From: Patescibacteria group bacterium
GTDB taxonomy: Bacteria; Patescibacteriota; Minisyncoccia; Phycocordibacterales; JAKFXT01
NCBI GenBank assembly: GCA_038062775.1
Contig: JBBTWL010000077.1
Span: forward strand, 1 to 25,952
Reading direction: 5' to 3'
Length of the DNA stretch: 25,952 nucleotides
The position numbers and the translations under genes were made by a program. The notes beneath the pieces are model-generated. The model made no database searches, was not told the origin of the DNA, and saw nothing but the letters and a program-made list of their open reading frames with translations. Of the stretch, positions 8,154 to 15,603 are shown piece by piece. Positions within the stretch are counted from its first letter, which is position 1; each line of letters opens with the position of its first letter.

Positions 8154-9076
8154 TCGCGAAAAAAACAAAACTTGTACTCGGCACGGTTCAACTCGGGATG
8201 AAATACGGCCTTAATAATACCGACGGCCAGCCAACAAAGGAAGAATCTTTCTCGATCTTGGATGCGGCGTTAGCCGCTGGCATTACTACTTTTGATACGG
8301 CATATGGGTATGGCACGGCAGAAGATATTCTTGGAGCATGGATCAGCAATCGTTCCTTGTCAGGCAATGTTCGCATCATTTCCAAGATGAACCCCCATGT
8401 TTTAAATGACTATCCTGATGGGACAAAGGCCACTGATGTTGTGCGGATGGAGCTAGAGAAATCATTGGCACGTCTCCATGTCGAGTCCCTCGACGGGTAC
8501 CTGTTCCACTCGCCTTATTACATCTATCTACGTCACATGGTAGAAGGATTACAGAAAGTTCGAGAGACCGGCATGGTGAAAAACATTGGTGTATCAATCT
8601 ATGATGAAGCCGAAGCTCTGCAGGCGGTTGAGCTCGGTGTCGATTATGTGCAGGTGCCATACAACGTATTTGATGGGCGTTTAGGCAGAACCGAATTTTT
8701 TGAACTCGCTAAGAAAAATAAGGTTACGGTTTTTGCTCGTAGCCCCTTCCTCCAAGGACTGTTACTCATGCAACCGGATCAGCTACCCGCACATCTCGCG
8801 CATCTTCGTCCCCACCTGGAGCGTTTCATTGGAATCGCCAAACGGTATCAGATGTCGCCTGTTGAGGCAGCGCTACGCTTCGTCGATGTGAAATGTCCCG
8901 CAGACTACATCGTCTTCGGCGTCGACACGACCGCACAGCTCAAGGAGGATGTCGGCATCATGGCAGTTCCTTCTTCCACGATTGAGAGTATCTGGATAGC
9001 TGAAATGCGAGAGGTCTTCAAGGACATCAACCATGGAGCCGTTAACCCGAGCTTATGGAGTAAGATAGTGCGATGA
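8150..9076 (+). CDS. Aldo/keto reductase
   Basis: LVLGTVQLGMKYG, FDTAYGYG, IISK, LFHS, IGVSIY, QVPYNVFD, ARSPFLQGLL, with the D-Y-K-H tetrad recognisable. ATGA overlap with spsF. Confidence 0.88.
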   Translation: MIAKKTKLVLGTVQLGMKYGLNNTDGQPTKEESFSILDAALAAGITTFDTAYGYGTAEDILGAWISNRSLSGNVRIISKMNPHVLNDYPDGTKATDVVRMELEKSLARLHVESLDGYLFHSPYYIYLRHMVEGLQKVRETGMVKNIGVSIYDEAEALQAVELGVDYVQVPYNVFDGRLGRTEFFELAKKNKVTVFARSPFLQGLLLMQPDQLPAHLAHLRPHLERFIGIAKRYQMSPVEAALRFVDVKCPADYIVFGVDTTAQLKEDVGIMAVPSSTIESIWIAEMREVFKDINHGAVNPSLWSKIVR

Positions 9077-9768
9077 AGGTATCAATTTTTCAGCCAACGT
9101 ACCTTTCGTGGATCGGTTTCTATAAAGCCATTGAATGGGCTGACACCTTTGTCTTTCTCGATGACGTTCAGTTTGAAAATCACTCTTGGCAAATTCGCAA
9201 TAGAATCAAAATGGCAGAGGGAGAGTTGATGCTCTCCGTGCCTATTGTGAGAAATTTTCCGCAAGACATTAATCAAGTTAAAATAAATTACACTACGAAT
9301 TGGGTTAAAAAACATCTAAAATCAATCGAACTCAATTATTCTAAAGCACCGTGTTCGAGAGAATTTTTTCTTTTACTAAAATCTATCTATCAAGCTCAAC
9401 CCGAGAAATTAGTAGCACTGAATGTCAACCTTATTAAAGGAATATGCAGTTTCTTGGGAATAAAAACTGATTTTCGTTGTTCATCTAAATTGGGGGTTGG
9501 CAACTTAGATAAAAATGAAAAACTTGTTGCCATTTTAAAAAAATTATCTGCCGATCATTTTTTGTATGCGGAGGGAGCATGGGGATACATGGAAAAAGAG
9601 ATAAACTTGTATTATGATAATAACATTCAATTAACACCGCTTACCTTCGTGCATCCCGTGTATACTCAACTCAATGGTACTTTTATACCGTACCTCTCAA
9701 TCATTGATATGATTTTTAACTGCGGGAAGGATAAAACGGTAGCGATACTTAAGAACATACAATTATAA
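9073..9768 (+). CDS. WbqC-family protein (putative aminoacyl transferase for an amino sugar)
   Basis: IFQPTYLSWIGFY, FVFLDDVQF, RNRIK, NYSKAP, HPVYTQL, FIPYLSIIDMIFNCG are typical WbqC-like motifs. ATGA overlap. Confidence 0.85.
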   Translation: MKVSIFQPTYLSWIGFYKAIEWADTFVFLDDVQFENHSWQIRNRIKMAEGELMLSVPIVRNFPQDINQVKINYTTNWVKKHLKSIELNYSKAPCSREFFLLLKSIYQAQPEKLVALNVNLIKGICSFLGIKTDFRCSSKLGVGNLDKNEKLVAILKKLSADHFLYAEGAWGYMEKEINLYYDNNIQLTPLTFVHPVYTQLNGTFIPYLSIIDMIFNCGKDKTVAILKNIQL

Positions 9769-9785
9769 ACCCAACTATAAACCCA
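9764..9785 (+). repeat. 10-bp direct repeat forming the WbqC / methyltransferase spacer
   Basis: TATAAACCCA at 9764-9773 and 9776-9785. The first copy contains the TAA stop; the second ends on the A of the next ATG. Confidence 0.8.
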
Positions 9786-10687
9786 TGCATACCGATCCTT
9801 TGTACCAAGATAGTATGTATAAAATCATACGAGACGCTACTCACGGTTACTATCGCCTTTCCCCTGTACCAACGCGGGACGAGCTGAAGCACTATTACGA
9901 TAAAGAATTTTACAATACCAACTATAACAAGCAAATAAACGATAGTTCCAAAAAAGTACAGGAAGAGGAGTCAGAATTTTTTGCTTTGCAACACGAAGAT
10001 GTGGTAGAAATACTGCACAAGGAAGCGCCGGGAAAGAGACTTATTGATATCGGTTGCGGATATGGTACCTTTTTAAAATTCTGTCAAAAACGGGGATTTG
10101 AAGTTTTTGGCCTTGATCCTTCATCGGACGCGGTGCACAGTACCCAGAAAATGGGTATTGAAGCGGTTGAAGCCGATATTGAAGATCTGAAAGATATCGT
10201 GCATAAGAAATACGATACTGCCGTGATGCTCAACGTGTTTGAGCATTTGCGTGAACCCTATACGATACTCAAAGATATACGGGAACATATATTAGAAGAT
10301 GATGGGGTATTGGTTATTCGAGTGCCGAATGAGTTCAATGCTTTACAGACTATTGCTAATCAGGCCTATAATTTAAAATCTTGGTGGGTGAGCGCCCCGC
10401 AACATATAAATTATTTTACCATTCCCCATCTCGTACGGTTACTACAGAATAATGGGTTTAACGTATTTTTAAAGGAAGCAACCTTTCCGCTCGAGATGTT
10501 TATCTTATTCGGGGAGCAGTATGTGGGTAATCCTGAAGTCGGGAAAATAATTCATAACAAAAGAGTACTATTTGATAAGACACTTCACCAATACGATAAC
10601 GCTTTCAAGCGCCAGCTCTACAGATCCTTTGCTGAATTGGGGATTGGCAGGGAAATAGTCGTATACGCTAAAAAAACGACTCATTGA
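9785..10687 (+). CDS. Class I SAM-dependent methyltransferase
   Basis: LIDIGCGYGTF, GLDPS, YDTAVMLNVFEHLREP, LVIRVPNEF, PQHINYF. Confidence 0.85.
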   Translation: MHTDPLYQDSMYKIIRDATHGYYRLSPVPTRDELKHYYDKEFYNTNYNKQINDSSKKVQEEESEFFALQHEDVVEILHKEAPGKRLIDIGCGYGTFLKFCQKRGFEVFGLDPSSDAVHSTQKMGIEAVEADIEDLKDIVHKKYDTAVMLNVFEHLREPYTILKDIREHILEDDGVLVIRVPNEFNALQTIANQAYNLKSWWVSAPQHINYFTIPHLVRLLQNNGFNVFLKEATFPLEMFILFGEQYVGNPEVGKIIHNKRVLFDKTLHQYDNAFKRQLYRSFAELGIGREIVVYAKKTTH

Positions 10688-10709
10688 TTTTAACCATATT
10701 TTAACCATA
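10688..10709 (+). repeat. 11-bp tandem repeat forming the spacer before the dioxygenase
   Basis: TTTTAACCATA twice (10688-10698, 10699-10709), ending on the A of the ATG. Confidence 0.8.
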
Positions 10710-11539
10710 TGTTGACTCTGGATAACGCCAAAAAAGAATTAGGAGAAAAAGGATATGTAATTTTAGAAAATATTCTTAGCCCGTTGGAATGCGAGCATTT
10801 TAAAGAGCTGCTAGAACACGATTACAAAAAATATTCCTCTCGGTACGTCGGTAGCAAAAAGAAATCAGAACACGGGCTTGAAGATACGAGCATCGTGAAG
10901 GTGGTGTATAACCTGCATAATAAACATTTAGATTATTTTAAGCTGTTTGACCATCCTGCCGTCCTACCCATTCTTGATTTGATGCTTAAGGATGGGTCGT
11001 ATCAAAATGCGGAGCCGTACCACCTGTTAAACACATCAGCTCGCTGTCCGTTGCCACATGTCCCGGCCCAACAACTACATTTAGACAGCAATTTACCGGG
11101 GGGCGATTACCAACTCATAATGGTGGTGTTATGGATGCTGGACGATTTTACACCCGAGAACGGGGCTACCAGAGTGGTTCCGGGCAGTCACAAATTTTTA
11201 GGATACCCGGCTACGGCCAAAACATACCCCGAAGAAATCTCCGTGATTGCTCCGCGCGGATCGGTACTTATCTATAACGGTAGTTTGTGGCATGGAAACG
11301 GTCTAAAAACTATTACCGGAGATCGTTGGGGGGCTATACTCGCGTATGGTCGCTGGTTCATAAAACCTTCTTTTGATTTTATGCAAAACATGCCCCATGG
11401 TATCTACGATAAGTTAACCGATCCTCAAAAGGATTTGCTTGGCTATCGCAGTAATCCGCCTAAAGACGAATTTACACGGTTACGGAGAAGGAGTGAGGAT
11501 TTTGAAAAGCCGGAAGAGTATGAGTTGCCAAGCGCATAA
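10709..11539 (+). CDS. Phytanoyl-CoA dioxygenase (PhyH) family Fe(II)/2-oxoglutarate dioxygenase
   Basis: GYVILENIL, QQLHLD (HxD), WMLDDFTPENGATRVVPGSH, APRGSVLIYNGSLWHG (distal His), followed by Arg. Confidence 0.85.
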   Translation: MLTLDNAKKELGEKGYVILENILSPLECEHFKELLEHDYKKYSSRYVGSKKKSEHGLEDTSIVKVVYNLHNKHLDYFKLFDHPAVLPILDLMLKDGSYQNAEPYHLLNTSARCPLPHVPAQQLHLDSNLPGGDYQLIMVVLWMLDDFTPENGATRVVPGSHKFLGYPATAKTYPEEISVIAPRGSVLIYNGSLWHGNGLKTITGDRWGAILAYGRWFIKPSFDFMQNMPHGIYDKLTDPQKDLLGYRSNPPKDEFTRLRRRSEDFEKPEEYELPSA

Positions 11540-11573
11540 AATGAAGATATAACAGATACCATCTATAGTATCC

Positions 11574-12629
11574 ATGTCGCTACAAGTCAAAATCAATAAA
11601 AAAATAATTGGAGAAAATCAGCCAGTATATATTATCGCTGAAGCGGGAAGCAACCATAATACAAACTTCGGTACGGCTTTAGAGTTAATAGATACTGCCG
11701 TGGCCGCACATGCCGATGCTGTAAAATTTCAGTTGTTTAAAGCTGAAAAGCTGTATCCTAAAAATGCCGGGATAGCAAAGTATCTCGCTAAAGACTATAA
11801 AAATATCCATGACCTCATACGGTCAATGGAAATGCCAGTAGAGTGGTTGCCGAAATTGGTCGCCTATTGCAAAAAGAAAAACATAGAGTTTCTTTGCTCA
11901 CCTTTTGACGAAGAGTCAGCGGATGCTCTTGATACGGTAGGCGTTGCTGCTTTTAAGATAGCCTCAAGCGAATGCAATCACACTAAGTTAATCGAGCATG
12001 TCGCCAAAAAAGGTAAGCCAATTATTTTATCGACGGGTATTTCTTCCTTGGGAGAAATAGAGGAGGCGGTAAACATCATCAGAAAATATCATGACAAAAT
12101 CATCATTATGCATTGTATCGTTAGCTACCCGGCTGAAATAAAAGATACGAATTTGCGATATGTGCAGTATCTTAAAGATGTCTTTCGGTGTCCCTCCGGG
12201 TTGTCGGACCATTCACTCGATCCTCTCGTACTGCCTATAGCCATGACCGCAATTGGCGGAAAAATTATCGAGAAGCATTTCACCTTAGACAAGAAATCGG
12301 CTGGCCCGGATCATAAGTTTGCGATTGAACCAGGGGAGCTTACGGCTATGGTTACCGCAATCAGGCTTACCGAGGCCACGCTTGCTCCTCGGCAGAATAA
12401 GATATTAGAGAGTGAGCAGGAGTTGGTAGAAGTATCTAAACGCGCGATACAGACGACAAAGAATATTAAAAAGGGAGAGACATTAAATACCTCCAATATA
12501 GCTATCTTGAGGCCGGGCAAGAACCTCAAAGGGATAGCACCACGGTTCTATGACGGTATAGTAGGCAAGAAAGTAAATAAAAATATCGAAGAGGGGAGTG
12601 GTGTACGGTGGGATGATCTCCTGAATTAA
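11574..12629 (+). CDS. spsE: NeuB/PseI/SpsE-family nonulosonate synthase with C-terminal SAF domain
   Basis: IIAEAGSNHN, ADAVKFQ, FKIASSE, ILSTG, MHCIVSYP, GLSDHS, IEKHFTLD, DHKF, and C-terminal ILRPG...WDDL. Product stereochemistry cannot be read from sequence. Confidence 0.8.
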   Translation: MSLQVKINKKIIGENQPVYIIAEAGSNHNTNFGTALELIDTAVAAHADAVKFQLFKAEKLYPKNAGIAKYLAKDYKNIHDLIRSMEMPVEWLPKLVAYCKKKNIEFLCSPFDEESADALDTVGVAAFKIASSECNHTKLIEHVAKKGKPIILSTGISSLGEIEEAVNIIRKYHDKIIIMHCIVSYPAEIKDTNLRYVQYLKDVFRCPSGLSDHSLDPLVLPIAMTAIGGKIIEKHFTLDKKSAGPDHKFAIEPGELTAMVTAIRLTEATLAPRQNKILESEQELVEVSKRAIQTTKNIKKGETLNTSNIAILRPGKNLKGIAPRFYDGIVGKKVNKNIEEGSGVRWDDLLN

Positions 12630-12637
12630 TAAAAGGC

Positions 12638-13846
12638 ATGCGTGTTGCATTGTTTGCATTAACGGGTTTTGGGAACAAAGTGCTGGACGCTCTTTTGGCC
12701 GAATCTTGTGAGGTGGGGTTTGTTTTAACGCGTAAAGAAAAAGGACCTTTTCCATATTATGCGGAAAAAAATCTAAGTGAATATGCTGCAGAGAAGAGTA
12801 TAAAAATATATGAATTTGTTGATTGGAATGCGGTAGAAAAAATAATTAAAGATTTTGCACCGCAGTTGCTATTAGTTTCTACATTTCATAAAATTATTCC
12901 TCAAAAAATCATTGATTCGGTGCCACTCGTGGTCAATATGCACCCCTCTCTGTTGCCTCGGTATCGGGGAGCTACTCCTATGGACGCGGTGTTATTCAAT
13001 CAAGAAAAAGAGACTGGGGTAACTGCGCATTACCTCACGAAAGAGTTGGACGCTGGAGATATACTCATTCAGAAAAAAGTTACGATAGCATCGGACGAAA
13101 CCAAGAATACTCTGATGAAGAAATTGGCTACTGCGACGGCTGTGGCAGTATCAGAACTGGTCAGAAAGATACAGATAAAAAAAGTGAGGGGAATGCCCCA
13201 AAACGAAACCGTAGCTACTTATGTTCCGAGATTTAAAAGTGCCATTGTCATTTTTGTACTCGGGGGTGCCCTGAAAAAAAGTAAAAATGGTACCTGGCGA
13301 ACCGCCACACTCCGTGAAAAGGGCGACCAATTCGGAGTAACGGGCGATCGGTTACGAGTAGTAGCGGCAAGCCATTTGTATAAAAGTAATCCGAATGCAT
13401 CTATTATCACAGTAGGGGGCAAAGGCCAACTCCAAAGAGTGCCGGGTGTTCCTCCAATATCACGTGTCATGAAAGAGGAGTTAGTGAAACTGAAAGTCTC
13501 TCCCGACGATATTTTAGAAGAGAATAAATCCGGCAGTACCCATATGCAGTTACAAGAAGTAAAAAGAATTATTACTCGGCATGCCATACGAGAAGCGATC
13601 GTGGTTTCTAATCAGTACCATCTCCCTCGGATCAAGGCTTTTATTGAACAGGATGCAGAGTTGAAGAGGATGATGCAGAGCAAACAGTTGCGGTTGCAAT
13701 CGGCAGAAGACGTGCTGGTACAGGCCGATTCTAAGAAATGGAAAGATATGATCAGTCGTACGTATAAAAGCAAATCAATGAAGGACCGAATTAAGATGGA
13801 AAAGAGAGGGGCGGATAGTATAAAACGTGGGACATACAAGCTTTGA
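12638..13846 (+). CDS. N10-formyl-THF-dependent formyltransferase fused to a DUF218 (YdcF/ElyC-like) domain
   Basis: N half: NMHPSLLPRYRGATP and TGVTAHYLTKELDAGDI (N/H/D catalytic set), ending ATYVPR. From about 13241: IFVLGG, TVGGKG, ILEENKSGST, IVVSNQYHLPR, which are DUF218-like. Confidence 0.75.
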   Translation: MRVALFALTGFGNKVLDALLAESCEVGFVLTRKEKGPFPYYAEKNLSEYAAEKSIKIYEFVDWNAVEKIIKDFAPQLLLVSTFHKIIPQKIIDSVPLVVNMHPSLLPRYRGATPMDAVLFNQEKETGVTAHYLTKELDAGDILIQKKVTIASDETKNTLMKKLATATAVAVSELVRKIQIKKVRGMPQNETVATYVPRFKSAIVIFVLGGALKKSKNGTWRTATLREKGDQFGVTGDRLRVVAASHLYKSNPNASIITVGGKGQLQRVPGVPPISRVMKEELVKLKVSPDDILEENKSGSTHMQLQEVKRIITRHAIREAIVVSNQYHLPRIKAFIEQDAELKRMMQSKQLRLQSAEDVLVQADSKKWKDMISRTYKSKSMKDRIKMEKRGADSIKRGTYKL

Positions 13847-13887
13847 TTGATAAAATATAATGAACGTGTTTAAATATTTTTTACCGC

Positions 13888-14685
13888 ATGAGTAGATATC
13901 TAAATCCGAAAACCTATTTTAATTGGTTTTATAAGCGCTTTTTTTTGTCATTTTTATATGATAGTGCTCGAGTCAATGCCGAAGAAGATAATAAGTTAAG
14001 TGCACTTGGGGGCGATAGAGCTACCGCACTCAATAAACTTAACGTATTTTTTAAGGCAGGTAACGGGCGGGAATTTGATTATCAAAATGACAGCATCCAT
14101 TCTTTGCTTTTCGCTATTATTTCTTTGCACCATCCCATTTCGCGAATTCTCGAAATAGGAACTTTTAGTGGAGAAAGTACCCGTCTTTTGGCACAATTGT
14201 TTCCTGATGCTGAAATTATTACGGTTGATTTACCGGAGGATGATCTGTTATTGCGCGCTTACTATAAGCGCGGATCTGATAAGGAATACCAAGCCTATCT
14301 TGAAAAACAAGAGAAAAATTTGGCTTCTCCCAATATTCGATTGATAAAAATTAATTCGTTTTTTCTCAATTCAAAAGTGTCAGGGATGTTTAACCTCATT
14401 TGGATTGATGGTGGTCATCTTTATCCGGAGGTGGCATGGGATATTTGCAATGCCTGGAATTTATGTGCCCCCCGGGGAATTATTCTGTGCGATGATGTTC
14501 TTCCTTATAAAAAATTACACAAGAGTCCGTATCATTCATCGGAGTCATTTGAGGTTTTACAGTATGTGGCCAATCGTTCATCAGCTTCTCCCACATTATT
14601 TTTAAAACGCCGCAATTCTAATCTCTACCCATTCCTTTTGAAAAGAAAGTATGTGGCATGTCTTCAGAAACCAGCTCTGCCCTAA
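13888..14685 (+). CDS. Class I SAM-dependent methyltransferase (O-methyltransferase-like)
   Basis: ILEIGTFSGEST, ITVDL, LIWIDGGHLYPEV, GIILCDD. Confidence 0.8.
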   Translation: MSRYLNPKTYFNWFYKRFFLSFLYDSARVNAEEDNKLSALGGDRATALNKLNVFFKAGNGREFDYQNDSIHSLLFAIISLHHPISRILEIGTFSGESTRLLAQLFPDAEIITVDLPEDDLLLRAYYKRGSDKEYQAYLEKQEKNLASPNIRLIKINSFFLNSKVSGMFNLIWIDGGHLYPEVAWDICNAWNLCAPRGIILCDDVLPYKKLHKSPYHSSESFEVLQYVANRSSASPTLFLKRRNSNLYPFLLKRKYVACLQKPALP

Positions 14686-14706
14686 ACGAGGAGACGTTTT
14701 AGTAAT

Positions 14707-14738
14707 AAAAAGCCGCTCCGCCTGTTCAGGCGGAGCGG
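14707..14738 (-). terminator. Intrinsic terminator of the SDR gene
   Basis: Perfect 11-bp stem CCGCTCCGCCT (14713-14723) / AGGCGGAGCGG (14728-14738) with a 4-nt loop, followed on the minus strand by CTTTTT. Confidence 0.85.
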
Positions 14739-14748
14739 TGAAGAAGAA

Positions 14749-15426
14749 CTACTGTTTTTCCAATGTTTCAACGCGGGGCGGATCGCGCAGAATACGAATG
14801 AGCTGATACTTGAAATCCGTTTTATACCACTCGAGTATTTGTGTCGCGACCCACGAAGGATTAAGCAAGATGCCTCCATACTTTCGCCCCACTTGCATTT
14901 TGGTATTCATTCCGGATGGCCCTACGACAAGTGTTTTTTTTATTCGTGGGTCAAGCGATACTGAAGCGACAAGCATGGCAAGTCCCGCTTTAGTTGCGGC
15001 GTATACCGGTTCTTCCATCCTTGGAATCCACTGCGACGTTGAGGTGATGACAATTAACCCTTGAAGGTTTTTTTGTCTTTGCAAAATTCTCTGGAGTAAC
15101 TTTGCGGGTACTGCAAGACTAATGTTAAGCATTGCATCAATCTCTTTGTCTGTAAGAACATCGAGAGTTCCAATTTGTGAGAACCCAGCGGCATATACCA
15201 AAAGATCAACAGGCCCAATTTTTTCAAGAATATGGTCTAGCTCCTCATCCATATTCTTTGTTTCTGCGCCAATAACAAGAGGAAGGTAAATAAGGGCCAC
15301 ATTTTCTGGATTGTGTTTTCCTGTGACAAAAACTTCTTCTCCTTTTTCACAAAGAAGGGTAGCTAAGGCAAGGCCTAAGCCGGATGTACCTCCAACAATA
15401 AGAACTCTTTGACTATTTGTTTTCAT
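14749..15426 (-). CDS. Short-chain dehydrogenase/reductase (SDR)
   Basis: RVLIVGGTSGLG, LLVYAAG, ITSTS, YAATK (YxxxK). Start set at ATG 15426 (AGGA 7 nt upstream). The ORF-track extension to 15594 crosses a terminator. Confidence 0.85.
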   Translation of the reverse strand: MKTNSQRVLIVGGTSGLGLALATLLCEKGEEVFVTGKHNPENVALIYLPLVIGAETKNMDEELDHILEKIGPVDLLVYAAGFSQIGTLDVLTDKEIDAMLNISLAVPAKLLQRILQRQKNLQGLIVITSTSQWIPRMEEPVYAATKAGLAMLVASVSLDPRIKKTLVVGPSGMNTKMQVGRKYGGILLNPSWVATQILEWYKTDFKYQLIRILRDPPRVETLEKQ

Positions 15427-15454
15427 CCTTGTTTCCTTTCTGGTATCTTTCCGC

Positions 15455-15482
15455 ACCTTACAATAAAATCTATATAATGCAA
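15455..15482 (-). promoter_or_regulatory. Possible sigma70-type promoter for the SDR gene
   Basis: Minus strand TTGCAT (15482-15477), 16 bp, TAAGGT (15460-15455), the same -10 hexamer as at pseB. Confidence 0.4.
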
Positions 15483-15545
15483 GATTCCCGTAATCCTCCG
15501 ACACCTTGGCACCACTTTGGTAGGGTACTATCAAAAGTCTGCCGT

Positions 15546-15576
15546 AAAAGAAAAAACCACCGCAATTGCGGTGGTT
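15546..15576 (-). terminator. Intrinsic terminator of the radical SAM gene
   Basis: AACCACCGC-AATT-GCGGTGGTT (15555-15576), running on the minus strand into TTTTCTTTT. Confidence 0.8.
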
Positions 15577-15603
15577 GCCCTGTGGAAGATGCAAGGGCGA
15601 TGT

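Noticed and set aside
12638-13240. Housekeeping fmt
   Set aside because: It lacks the Fmt C-terminal domain and the def/fmt context; it lies directly after the nonulosonate synthase.
13847-13887. Promoter from the TATAAT at 13856-13861
   Set aside because: No acceptable -35 at 16-18 bp and no TGn extension in an AT-rich spacer; too weak to call.
15427-15594. 56-codon N-terminal extension of the SDR in the ORF track
   Set aside because: It crosses the radical SAM terminator and a promoter-like box; the Rossmann motif and SD point to ATG 15426.
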